Below, piece by piece: positions 11,859 to 24,421 of a stretch of 64,000 bases of DNA. The first letter of the stretch is position 1; each line of letters starts with the position of its first letter. Below the pieces are notes generated by a model. It worked only from the letters and a program-made list of their open reading frames with translations, made no database searches and was not told where the DNA came from. Origin of the DNA: Mobula hypostoma (Eukaryota); assembly GCF_963921235.1 (NCBI RefSeq), contig NC_086118.1, forward strand, positions 38,254,001 through 38,318,000. Direction: 5' to 3'. A program made the position numbers and the translations under genes.

Positions 11859-12366
11859 CTTTTTTGTCCCTACGATCCTGAGGGAAATGGTCACAGGCCA
11901 TGACTTTCCGTGTTCAATGTGGACAGTGTGAAAGAAGAAAGGGAAATAAACTGGAAAACAAAATGCAAGCCAGAGTGTGATCAGAGGCATGAAGAAAGGC
12001 TAAAAGTAAGTATTAATATTGTTGAGTTTATGGTATTTAGTACAAAACTAAATGCAACATATACCCTCAGTGACTACTTTATTAAGTGCTTAATAAAGTC
12101 CCAAACCTAATAGTGTGGCTACTGAGTGTGTGTTTGTGGTCTTCTTCTTCAGTCCATCCACTTCAAGATTTGACATGTTGTGTATTCAGAGATGCTTTTC
12201 TGCACACCACCATTGTAATGAGTAGTTATTTGAGTTACAGTCGCCTTCCTGTCAGCGTGAACCATTTTGGTCATTCTCCTCTGACTTCTTGTGTTAACAA
12301 GGAGTATTTTCCCACAGGTCTGCTACTCTCAGGATTTTTTTGGGTTTTCTTGCACCATTTTCTGTG

Positions 12367-12670
12367 TTAGCGTGTGGCCAAGTGGTTAAGGCATCGGTCT
12401 AGTGATCTGAAGGTCGCTAGTTCGAGCCTCAGCTGAGGCAGCGTGCTGTGTCCTTGAGCAAGGCACTTAACCACACATTGCTCTGTGATGACACCGGTGC
12501 CAAGCTGTATTGGCCCTCGTGCCCTTCCCTTGGACAGCATCGGTGGCGTGGAGAGGGGGAGACTTGCAGCATGGGCAACTGCCGGTGTTCCATACAACCT
12601 TTCCCAGGCCTGCGCCCTGGAAAGCTTCCAAGGCGCAAATCCGTGGTCTCACGAGACTAACGGATGCCTA
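12367..12670 (+). mobile_element. tRNA-derived CORE-type SINE with RTE-like tail, copy A
   Basis: A box TGGCCAAGTGG, B box GTTCGAGCC, CORE-like tgtgtccttgagcaaggcacttaacc, and an 8-bp TSD tttctgtg (12359-12366 / 12671-12678). Confidence 0.9.
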
Positions 12671-12911
12671 TTTCTGTGAACTATAGAGACTGTTGTGTGT
12701 AAAAATCCAAGGGGATCAGTCGTTTCTGAAATACCCAAACCACCTCATCTGGCACCAAGAATCATTCCACAGTCAAAGTCACTTAGATCACATACCTTCC
12801 CCATTCTGATGTCTGGTCTGAACAACAACTGAACCTTTTGACCATCTTTGCATGCTTTTATGCATTAAGTTGCTGCCACGGGATTGGGTTTCTAGATATT
12901 TGTATTAGAAA

Positions 12912-13548
12912 GATAGATAGATACAGTACTTTATTGATCTCAAAGGAAATTACAGTGTCAGATATACAAATATTGGAAGAGAAGTAAGAAAGAATAAAAA
13001 ATAAATTACCTCAAGCAGTTTAACAGGAGCCGGTCATCACTTCCCCGACTATAGGTTAACTCATTATAGAACCTAATGGCCAGGGGTAAGAAAGACCTCA
13101 TATAGTGCTCTTTAGAGCAGTTGTCTTAGACTATTACTAAAAGTGATCCTCTCTTCGGCCAAGTTGGCATGCAGAGGGTGAGAAACATTGTCCAGAATTG
13201 CCAGGATTTTCCATAGGGTCTTTTGTTCTACCACAGCCTCCAATCGTCCATGTTGATGCCATTGCCCCAACACACCACTGTATAGAAGATTGTACTGGCA
13301 ATAGAAGACTGGTAGAACATGTGAAGGAGAGGCCTGCATACTGCATACCTCAGTCTCCTCAGGAAGTAGAGGCAACTTTAGCCTTTTTTGTACACAGCCT
13401 CTGTGTTGGTATTCCACTCAAGTCTGTCATCCAGGTGCGCCCCCAAGAATTTATAGGCCCTCACCACATCCATATCCTCACCATCAGTAGTAACAGGCAG
13501 CAGTGCAGGCTTAGTCCTCTTAAAGTCCATCACCATCTCCTTTGTCTT
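12912..13548 (-). mobile_element. Rex1/Babar-like LINE 3' fragment
   Basis: KTKEMVMDFKR...YKFLGAHLDDRLEWNTNTEAVYKKG, with a (tatc)n tail. Confidence 0.8.
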
Positions 13549-15609
13549 AGTGATGAACGGGTGCACTTAATAAAGTGGCCACTAAGTGTAATTATCACCA
13601 TATTAGTAAATAAATATGTATAAATTATAAAATATATTTAGTATTATAGATATTTAGACATATATAATACAATGTATTTTTGGTTACACAAAGTTAAGTA
13701 ACATTTATAGTACAGAATGTAATCTTTGTTATGTTTGAAATTCGTTTGAAAAGTGATCTGTGAGAATTATTGTGGGATACAACTGTGCTGTTAAGTCAGC
13801 TTATAGCACAGAGTTTATAGTTGAGAAGTAGAGAGAGGGTAGGGTTTAAGTTTGATTGAGTGTAAAGTATGACCGGGTTTAAGTAAGTCCTTTGTAGGGA
13901 TGCTTTATTATATACTTTCTCCTGTGTAAATAGTTACTTGATAGAAGATTGCAACATCGGAACAGCGAGTTGCTGCTCTCATTGTTGCAGGAGCAGCCTC
14001 CCTCTCCCTCACTGGCAAGGGAGCCTGCCTGAGATATCGAAGTGCTGGGTTATGGACTGTAGTTGTTGATGGACTCTACATCAAAGTCTCTTTGGGCATT
14101 TTGCTATTACTTGCATGGTGGGGGGTGGTGGTTCTGCTGGTGCAACTGGGGGGGTGGGAAGGGAGGGGGGGAGTCGATGCTTTTACTGCTGCTTGTGAGT
14201 GGGAGTGGGAGGGGTGGCTTTGGGGTTCTGATGTTACTATCATTCATTCTTTGGGTTTTCTGGTTTCACGGATGTCTCTGTGAAGAGTAAGAGTTTCAGG
14301 TTGTATACTATATACGTTCTCTGATATTAAATGGAACCAGTTGAACCATTTGATATTTGCAAATAGTGCACAAGTTTCATATATATATTTTCGGGAAGTC
14401 ATCATGTGGTATGAATGTGAGTGCGCCTTTAAGAATAGTGAACAACATGTGGTATGACCTTTGATGCATTGTTGTACCAGCAATTGCTGTCAGTTGAGTG
14501 TTGACTGCCTTCAATAAAAGATGTTTTATTAGCAGTTCTGTCCTTTTCACTTGCTTGAATCAACAATATCACAAAATGGTCCATAGATACTAAAATCTGA
14601 AGTAAATTTATAGACTGTCTAAATTGGAACAGTACTCTCATATGTTCAAATAAGTAATTTTGGGAAGATTGGATCAGCTTTTAAGAAAATGGAAATGGAA
14701 TGCACAGTCTCAGCAAGTTTTTGCCTTGTGTATTCTACAGATGTGTAATGCTGTGTTGATGCATTCAAGTACCCTCAATTTATTGGCTTAGATTGGCTGC
14801 AGCCTAAAAGGAGTCACTGGCACAAAAATTATTCACGTGTGCTTTCCTGGGACGTGTCAGTTTTATTTCTTGTGGTGTCTTGTGTCTTTAAGTCTAAGGA
14901 ACACCTGTTCTAAGTGCTTAATATATGACTGGTAATTTTCTTTCCTTTCCCCCACCTTCACATATTTGATTGGACAATTAGCTTCCATTGTGTCCTTTGT
15001 CTCGTTCGGACTGCAATGGACTTCTAACTGGACTGACAGTGCCATGGTTGTTCATGTACTTTGGATGTCATTTTGGGCCTGAGATAAGCTAATAATCCAA
15101 GCTCAGAAGCACAGTTTCTGTGGACTGATTTATGCATCTATTTCCCTGGTGGTCCGAAGGGAGCACTATCTATCCAAGGCATCTGTTTTCTCTTCGCCAA
15201 GAGGCGGATTCCCGACTAGTGCATTCATTTCTCGGGTTGTCTCAAGAGGCTTTCCCTGCCAAGCATCTTGTGCAATAAATTGTATCATTCTTTTTCAAGA
15301 ATTTAGTCTTTTCATTTAAGGGGATGAGAAGTACAGAGAAAGATATTCTATTCAATTTCTGTTTCGGATCAGTTTAAACTGAAACTGAAGGAAGCTAAAT
15401 CCAAATGGATATACTGTATATTGCATAAAAGGCTTGGGGCAGCACTTGGAGTTACTTTGAGTAGAAATGGAAGCGTGCGGATTTACAATACTGCCTGGTA
15501 GCTGGCCATTTCAAAATAATAATCTTTTTATGAGGATCAAAGGCTAATTGGCACTTATTTCTGCGAACAATTTATTGAAAATGTGTAGCAAACCTGACTG
15601 AGAAATCCG

Positions 15610-17385
15610 AAGTTCAAAGTTCAAAATAAATCTACTATCAAAATTTGTATATGTGACCATATACTACTATGAGATTCATTGTCTTGTGGGCATTCACAGT
15701 AGAACCAAGGAATATAAAAGAATCAATGAAAAACTACACAGAAAGACCGACAAGCAACCAATATACGAAGGTAGACAAACTGTGCAAATACAAAAAAGTA
15801 AGCAAATAAATAATATCGAGAACACCAGTTGAAAGTGAGTCGATAAGTTGTGGACTTATTTCAGTGTTGTGGTGAGTGAAGTTATCCTCGCCGGTTCATG
15901 AGACTGATGGATGAAGGGTAATAACTGTTCCTGAACCTGGTGGTGTGGGACCTAAGGCTCCTGTACCTCCCATCCAGATGGCAGCAGTGAGAAGAGACCA
16001 TAAGACCATAAGATCATAAGATATAGGAGCAGAATTAGGTCATTTGGCCCATTGAGTCTGCTCCACCATTTTATCATGGCTGATCCAATTTTCCTCTCCG
16101 CCCTAATCTCCTGCCTTCTTCCCGTATCCTTCATAGTCATATCAATCAAGAACCTATCAACCTCTGCCTCAAACATACATAACGACTTGGCCTCCACAGC
16201 TGTCTATGGCAATGAATTCCACAGTTTTACCACACTCTAGCAAAAGAAATTCCTCCTCATCTCCATTTCAAAAGGACACCCCTCTGTTCTGAGGCTGTGT
16301 TCTCTGGCCTTAGACTCTCCCATCATAGGAAGCATTCTTTCCCCATCTACTCTATCAAGGCCTTTCACCATTAGATGGGTTTCAATGAGATCACCCCTTA
16401 TTCTTCTGAATTCCAGCAAATACAGGCCCAGAGCTATCAAGCACGCTTCATATGACAAGCCATTCAATCCTGGAATCATTTTTGTGAAGCTTCTCTAAGC
16501 ACTTGCCAGCTTCAGCACATCCTTTCTGAGAGGCCCAAAACTGCACACAATACTCCAAGTGAGGCCTCGCCAGTGCTTTATAAAGTCTCAACACTACATT
16601 CTTGCTTGTATATTCTAGTCCTCTTGAAATGAATGCTAACATCACATTTGCCTTCCTCACTACAGACTCCAACTGTAAATTAACCTTTAGGGAATCCTGC
16701 ACAAGGTCTCCCTAGTCCCTTTGCACCTTAGTTATTTGTATTTTCTCTTCATTTAGAAAATAGTCAACCCTTTTATTTCTTCTACCAAAGTGCATGACCA
16801 TACACTTCCTGACACTGCCTTCCATCTGCCATTTCTTTGCCCATTGTCTTAATGTGTCTAAGTTCTTCTGTAGCTTCTCTAATTCCTCAAAACTACCTGC
16901 CTCTCCACCTATATTCATATTGTCTGAAAACTTTGCAAGAAAGCCATCAATTCCATCATCCAAGTCACTGGCATATAAGGCAAAAAGAATCAATCCCACC
17001 ACAGACCCCTATGAAATACCACTAGTCACAGGCAGCCAGCCAGAAAAAGCTCCCTTTATTCCCACTCTTTGCCTCCTACCAATCAGCCATTGCTTTATCC
17101 ATGCTAGAATCTTTCCTGTAATACTATAAGGCTTCATAACAGCCTCATGTGTAGCACCTTGGCAACGACCTTCAGAAAATGCAAGTACACAATATCAACT
17201 GATTAGTACACAACATCAACCGATTGTTGATGAGACAGCAAGGCCTGGATGATATATTCAGAAGTCTTGGAGAGCGCTGCATTGTTGATGGTGCCATATT
17301 TTAGATGAGAAGTTATACTAAGGCTTTGTACAGGAAAGGGTATAACCAATGTAACAGCGAAGCAACTGCAGGATTGCCTCGAGTC
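15610..17385 (-). mobile_element. Rex1-like 3' fragment (15610-15995 and ~17225-17385) interrupted by CR1
   Basis: Has the gaactttgaact tail and the aggtcccacaccaccaggttcaggaacag motif shared with 52060-52100. Confidence 0.65.
15998..17215 (-). mobile_element. CR1 LINE RT and 3' end
   Basis: SDLDDGIDGFLAKFSDN (FADD-equivalent), RPHLEYCVQFW, RGDLIE, and a (tcttatgg)n tail. Confidence 0.9.
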
Positions 17386-17389
17386 AGTG

Positions 17390-17610
17390 GACTTGGCCAT
17401 GTTCATCAGAGGATCTGAACAAATACACCTCACTTGTCATGGACTTCATAAAGACAGTTGTAGACAAGTCTGTCCCCACAAGATCATTCAGGGTCTTCCC
17501 TAATCAGAAGCCCTAGATGAACCATGAGATCCACAATCTGCTGAGGGCCAGATTAGTGGCATTCATGGCTAGTGACCAAGGAAACTGCAAGAGGTCTGGT
17601 TACGATTTTA
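17390..17610 (+). mobile_element. Rex1-like ORF2 internal fragment
   Basis: DFIKTVVDKSVPTRSFRVFPNQKP*MNHEI. Confidence 0.7.
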
Positions 17611-20223
17611 ATCCATAAAATGTATGGATTAGGATTAATAAACTGTGGGAATACTACAACTTTGGTGGCAGAAGCATGGCGACACTTGCAGGCTGCCCCC
17701 AGCACATCCTCGGACTCTGTTGGTCGTTGACGCAAACAACATATTCCACTGTGCGTTTTGGTATTTCAATGTACGTGTGACAAATAGGCATAATCTTTAT
17801 AGAATGAAGGGTTTATTTTCAATTGTAACCATCACAGTTTGTTCCAAGTCGACAGTTGTTCAGAATGGCGAGTTAATGGAAGCCACCAATTTAAGAGGAG
17901 GTAACATGAATAAATCTGTTGAACAAAATGTTTGCAGCAACCTTGCCAGCAGAGTATTTGCTTGATAAAAAATGTTCCGTGTTGCCTTCTGGGAAATGCA
18001 ACACACAAATCGCAGCTGACCTTTTACGCGATTTCTCCACTTCACTGTTTCTTCCAACCCACTCGCTCACCCACTCCTTGCCGCCTGCACCCCAAAGACT
18101 GTGCTCTTGGTTTTAGATGGCTTGAATTCATTGGAATTCTCAACCCATAACAACCTGCGGACTGAAGGCAGGGTCATAATGGCAGACACCAGCCATCTGG
18201 GGTCAACACAAGAGGCAAGTCAGGATTTAAAACAAAACATTAATTTACAGTGTTGGTCAGGGAACACACTGGACTCCAAAATCATGCCTGGAATTTTTTT
18301 TTTTGTTAATGAGGAGGTCGTTAAGAACCCACTGTCTGCATAATCAATCAGAAGAAAATATAGAGTCTGTCCTGTGTCCAGAGGTTCTGTTATAATGCCA
18401 TTTCCTCTGTTTTAGTGCTCTAATTTATGGGTAAATAAATTAAAATCACATTGTAGGGTCCACATGTTTCGCTAGTTGATTGGTCTACTTTGCCCCCTGT
18501 GTCTGGGTTGGATTGCAGCTCAAGGTGGACTGGTACTGCAAAGTCACAGTTCTAATGTGTTTAAAATGTTGTTTCTGATCCAAAATGCAGCCTCCTTAAC
18601 ATTCATGATTTATGCACAGAGTTGGCGATGGTATAAACCACACCCACCATGGCTGCTGGCTCTCCTCCTCTGTCCATGCTATCTGCCATCTATATGATAC
18701 ACCACACTTCCCTATTCCGTCAGTCGCAGCTGTTGCCCATTTCCAAACGTAGAATTCATTTTATCCACAGGATTTGTGCAACGTGTCTGTATATGCCTGA
18801 TTAGAACAAAAGGTTATAGTTGTGAAGCTCCTTCCTTTCCACCCACCTGCTCCAGCTCATTGTTTATTTTCCATTATTGATAGATTTATTTTACACTAGC
18901 ACAACAATCAGTGTGATGACAAATGTGCAAATGACAATGGCATAATAATGGTAACTGTCCAACTTTACCTCCAAGGCCAAAAGCTAGTTACAGAGAGGTA
19001 AAACAAAAAATGTTCCCGTCTCCAGCAGAAACAGAGCTTGCTGCCTGAAATCCTCCTTCAGAGTTCCACGGTGATTATCTCCCAGCTTATTCACCAAGTC
19101 TGTGAGCAGGGAGTTTTCAGAAAGAGTTCTCACTGCAAGAGCTAGTATTAGTCAGAGTCCTTACCCATTCAGAGTACAACACCAAGCTGGAAAACAGACA
19201 GGAAATAAATGTCCCTGCTTTACCAGGCATCAGACTTAATATGTAATTCATCTCAGCTGAAAAATATAACACAAGATGTAAAACTAGTTTCATTTCGACA
19301 GTGATAAATAAGAAGGTGAGTGTCTCTGGTTTCTTCTCTCTATGTTTTGGCTTGAATCTGAAAGCCCTTGGGCTCATTGTTGTCAGTGGATTTTATGTTT
19401 TATGTCTTTGCAGGAAATTATGTAACTAAGGAGTGGCTGTATATAAAGCAGATAACCTTACCTCATCCCCACCTGCGTTACTGTTACTAGATGCAAAAAA
19501 AAAACACGTTCGTTGGCCATATCTTCTGCCAAACCATGTGTGGCAAGAGCAGGGCATGGCTCCCCCAATGGTCCGGAAAGTAAATGCAGCTCTGAGTAAA
19601 AATGTAATCAAATGTGAAAGTATCTGGAGTATTCAGCCTGAAACCAGCTTTTCAGAACAAAACTTCCATCCACCTTTGTTCAAACCAAGCCATTCAACAT
19701 CGTCTTCAATGCATATCCTGGCAGTTTTATATCAGCCTCTGCAATAATTCAACTTTTGACTCCTTGCTGTCACCTACTTTAGTGGCAAGTGCTACATTTT
19801 AATCACTACCTAAGTTCTTATTCCTGAATTCCCTGATGGATATGTTGCTGATTCACCTATTGTATGACCTTTGGTCTGGTTTCAATGGCTTTCTACCCAA
19901 ATAAACTATTTCATAATTTTATAAGACATTATTTCTATTTTGAAATGAACAACTATTTTGTTCTTTATAATTGTGTACTGGAAATGACATTAAACAATCT
20001 TGAAACTTGAATTCTGAATCAGGTCATCTCTCAAGTCTTTAGTAAAGAGCATGTGCCTGCCCGAATTTCCCTGATGAAATTAAGGCCTCAGCTCCAGCAT
20101 CATTGGAGTAAGTTGATCTTGCACCTTTGTCAGTGCTTCTGATGTTTTGGAATAACAGATAGAATTCCTCACAGTTCTCAAATACCCAGTACAGATTTAC
20201 TGTAACTTATCTCCTTTCCTATA

Positions 20224-20228
<5 letters not shown>

Positions 20229-20298
<70 letters not shown>
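20229..20298. repeat. (CA)n microsatellite followed by (TA)n
   Basis: About 28 perfect CA units are directly visible. Confidence 0.95.
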
Positions 20299-20479
20299 GG
20301 AAAGGAGATAAGGAGATAAGGAGATATATATGTATAGGAAAAGAGATAATGGGGTTCATTTTTAAACATATATATATTTAGAAATGAACCCCATCAGTTT
20401 TTTGATTGTTACTTCAGGTTTTTGTTTTGAGTATCGCTCAGATTCACCCAGTTAGAATCTCTGGTGTTAAATATGATAT

Positions 20480-20812
20480 TTCTAAAAGAACAAGACCTCT
20501 TGATCAAGAGGTGGTGCCTCAGGTGTGTGGAATCCATCACTAAAGACCCTCACCATCATGAAAATGCCCTCTTCTCCTTATGATCATCAGGAAGGAGGTG
20601 CAAGAGCCACAGCACCGATGCTCAAAGATTTAGGAATAGCTTCTTCCCCTCCGTCAACTGGTTTCAAAACTCATGATCACTAGCTAATTTTATACAGTTT
20701 ATCTATTTTTGTAGTTTATTGTAGATTTATGCCTTTGCACTGCACTGCTGCAACAAAGCAACACATGTCATGTCATATATCAGTGTTGATAAATTTGGTT
20801 CTGATTCTGATA
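20480..20812 (+). mobile_element. Rex1-like LINE 3' end (old)
   Basis: atccatcactaaagaccctcaccatc...gataaatttggttctgattctga tail. Confidence 0.7.
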
Positions 20813-21415
20813 CAAGGTGATTGACAGTCAGAAAGAGAACGTGGAAACTCCACACAGACAGCTCCTAATGTCAGGATTGAACCATGGGCTCCGCTTCTGA
20901 AACGTTATTATCTTGGGCCAGTGCTAAGTTCTCAGAATGGGAATGATTATGAAACTACTGAATATTTCTGACCCTGATCACTTTCCAGCAAACTTTGGAA
21001 TAAACCTTTGTATGTGTCTGTCTCTGCGGGGAGATATCTGATCTAACTTATTTGTGAAAACTTTCTAGTTGAATAGCTTATTAATCAAACTTCAGACTCA
21101 GATTTAGGCAAGATGTAGGAGAACTACTCGAAATAAAATAGATGATGCACATCTTTCGAAGAGAGGGAATCAAAACTAGTGGGAGAAAAATGATTATTAT
21201 AAAAATAATTTCATTCCCACTACTTTCTTCCTGGTACTCCTGGAATTACTCCCCTTTACCTCCATGAATTGCTATAGTCCAAGGACAAATGACAACTGAC
21301 AATTTTTAAAGGCTTGAATCTGACAAATGAGCGTTAGGACCGGTTACTGCTGAGAGCAATGCCCTATGCATTTTTGGGCATCTACAGCACTGTGCAAAAG
21401 TCTTAGGCAAATATA

Positions 21416-23048
21416 CAGTGCCTATAAAGAGTATTCACCTCCCCCTTGTAAGTTATCATATTTTATTGTTTTACAACATTGAATCACAGTGGATTTAATT
21501 TGGCTTTTTTGACATTGATCAACAGAAAAATACGCTTTCGTGTCAAGGAGAAAACTACAAAGAGATTTAAATTAATTACAAATAGAAAACACAAAATAAT
21601 TGATTGTATAAGTATTCAGCCCCCCCCCCCTTTAATAGGACACACCAAATCATCACTGGTGCAGCAAATTGGTTTTAGAAGGCACATAATTAGTTAAATG
21701 GGGATCTGTTTTTGGAGATCTGTGTGCAGTCAAGGTATTTCAATTGACTGTGGTAAAAATACATCTGTATCTGGAAGGTCCAACTGCTTTTGAGTCAGTA
21801 CCCTGTAAAAAAAACTACACCATGATGACAAAAGAATACTCCAAGCAACTCTGCAAAAAGGTTATTGAAAAGCACAAGCCAGAAGATGGATACAAGAAAA
21901 TGTCCAAGTCACTGAATATCTTTTGGAATACAGTTAAGTCAATCATCAAGAAATGTAAAGAATATGATACCGCTGTAAATCTGCCTAGAGTAGGATGTCA
22001 TCGAAAACTGAAATGATCGTGCAAGAAGGGGACTAGTGAGGGAGGCCACCAAAAGACCTATGACAACTCTGGAGAAGTTACAAGCTTCAGTGGCTGAGAT
22101 GGGAGAGACTGCACATACAACATCTGTTACCCAGGTGCTTCACCAGTCACAGCTTTATGGGGGAATGGCAAAAAGAAAGCTACTGTTGAAAAAAACTCAC
22201 ATGAAATCTTGGCTAGAGTTTGCCAAAAGGCATGTGAGAAACTCTGAAGCCAGCTGGAAGAAGGTTCTGTGGTCTGATGAACCCAAAATTGAGCTTTTTG
22301 ACCATCAGACTAAATGCTATGTTTGGCATAAGCCAAACTCTGCTCATCATGAAACACGTACCATCCCTACCGTGAAGCATGGTGGTGGCTGCATCATGCT
22401 GTGGGATGCTTCACTGTACCAGGCGCTGGAAGGCTCGTGAGGGGAGAGGGTAAAATGAATGCAGCAAAATACAGGGAAATCCTGGAGGAAAACCTGATGC
22501 AGTCTGCAAGAGAACTATGACTTGGGAGAAGATTTGTTTTTCAGCAAGACATTGACCTCAAGCATAAATCCAAAGCTATAAAGGAATGGCTTAAAAACAA
22601 CAAGGTTAATGTCCTGGAGTGTCCAAGCCAGAGTCCAGACCTCAATCCAATTGAGAATTTGTGGCTGGACTTGAAAAAATCTGTTCACTCACAACCCCCA
22701 TGCAATCTGTCAAAGCTTGAGCAGTTTTATAATGAAGAATGAGGAAAAATTGCAATGTCCAGATGTGCAAAGCTGATAGAGACCTATCCACACAGACTCA
22801 AGGCTGTAATTGCTGCCAAAGGTGCATCTACTTGAATGCTTTGAATAATTATACAATCAACTATTTTGTGTTTAATAACTGTAATACATTTAGACCAATT
22901 TGTAGAAATTTGTTTTCACTATGACATGAAAGAGTCTTTTCCGTTGATCAGTGTCAAAAATGCTGAATTAAATCCACTATGATTCAATGTTGTAAAGCAA
23001 TAAAACATGAAAACTTCCAAGGGAGGTGAATACTTTTTATAGGCACTG
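21416..23048 (+). mobile_element. Full-length Tc1-family DNA transposon (IR/DR type), inactive
   Basis: ~210-bp TIRs beginning CAGTGCCTATAAA after TA, with an inner direct repeat (agtattca.cccc) near 21610. Confidence 0.95.
21822..22835 (+). pseudogene. Tc1 transposase, frameshifted (DD34E)
   Basis: Paired-like N-terminus MMTKEYSKQL..GYKKMSKSL, then VLWSDEPKIELF, then FQQD followed 34 residues later by E in SPDLNPIE. Contains stops and frameshifts. Confidence 0.92.
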
Positions 23049-23089
23049 AATAAAGCTAAGGTGCCTAAGACTTTTGCACAGTACAGTAG

Positions 23090-23372
23090 TGTTCCCTTGG
23101 ACCACAGGATCCAAGGGAACATATTGCCAGGCCATAGGGATTTATCGACCCTAATTTGCCTCAAGACAGGAAACATCTCCTCTCTTGTAATCTGTATAGG
23201 GTCCACGACTTCACGGCTTCTTCACTTCATTTCTGTAGACTCTGTGTTCCTCTCTCGACAGATGCAAAAAATCATTTTAAGATCTCCCCCACCTCTTTTG
23301 ACTCTAAGCATAGATCACCACTCTGATCTTCCAGAGGACTAATTTTGTCCATTGCTATCCTTTTGTTCTTAC
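23090..23372 (-). mobile_element. CR1 ORF2 internal fragment
   Basis: IQITREEMFPVLRQIRVDKSLWPGNMFPWILW. Confidence 0.7.
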
Positions 23373-23374
23373 TG

Positions 23375-23861
23375 CAGTACTGTGCAAATGTATTAGGCAC
23401 ATATATTCAGTTAGGGTGCACAGTACTGTAGTAACTTTCGTAATGCTTGTACTGCTGCCACAAAAAAAATTCATGACATATGTGAGAGATGATAAACCTA
23501 ATTCTGATATGGGTCTCTATGGTGGACTGAGAGTGGGAAAGGGACAGGGAGAGAGGTATCATGGTTGGGAAAAGGGGAAGGGAGAGGGGAGGGAGCAGGA
23601 AGCACCAGAGAGACACTCGGTAATGCTCAATAAAACAATTGTTTGGAATCAAATGGTCTTGCCTGGTGTTTCAGGGCTGGGTGTGTCTGCACTCATGCCA
23701 ACCCCCACCCCTGGCACTCCTTCTCTGCCACCTGTCCCACACCCCTCCCAGGGTGCTCCTGCTAGATTTACAAGCTCACTCCACACTCCACGTTGACAAA
23801 TTCAGTACTTTGCAAATGCCTTAGGCACCCTAGCTATTGTGCCTGGAATTACACAGTATTG
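23375..23861. mobile_element. Composite MITE bounded by two palindromic mini-elements, copy 1
   Basis: End units at 23375-23428 and 23803-23861; the interior is homologous to 52971-53343. Confidence 0.8.
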
Positions 23862-24421
23862 AAGGCAACCTTCGCTGCTTTTTCCAAACTTCATTCCCTC
23901 ACGGCCTTCCATCTGCTTGCTTGGTGTCATATCCCCTGCTCTGCTTGCTGACATTGCCCGCGGCAGCATCATTGGAGCTGGTATCTCACTGGCTTGCATG
24001 CTTGGTGCTGTGCGGCCAATCCACCAGGAAGGGCTAGTATAGCAGGATTGCCAAACACAGGACTACCCCTGAATTGATCCAGTCCAATGTGGAGTTATAA
24101 CTAGCCATCTAAGCAATTTTGCAGGATACTTGAACCTTTTCCTAATGTGGGGTTGGAAAGTCGCTGTAAGCACTGGTTACTGAATTATTGTTGAAACTTC
24201 AAGATTGTGGTCTTGGACTACAATTCCTGGTACAATAACTTTTCAGTGCAGATATAGAACCACATCAAATAGGAACAGGAGGAGGTAATTCAGCCCCTTG
24301 AGCCTGTTGCAACAAATGGGATGATAATGGCCGATCCTTTATTTTAGTACAGTACCATCCACCTCTCTCCTCCCAACTCACCTGATCCATTTTGTACCCA
24401 GAAATGTATCTGTCTCCTACT

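Larger units (their letters stand above)
12062..13588 (-). mobile_element. Non-autonomous Tc1-like element hosting a SINE and a Rex1 fragment
   Basis: TIRs ctcagtgactactttattaagtgc / gcacttaataaagtggccactaagtg-TA. Segment 12720-12900 matches the transposase N-terminus at 36400-36600. Confidence 0.75.
21385..23086. mobile_element. Solo ~70-bp palindromic Tc1-type mini-element, split by a Tc1 insertion
   Basis: TA-cagcactgtgcaaaagtcttaggca ... gtgcctaagacttttgcacagtacag-TA. Confidence 0.8.

Noticed and set aside
12367-12440. tRNA gene
   Set aside because: It has A and B boxes but continues into a CORE block and tail, has TSDs and occurs four times. It is a SINE head.
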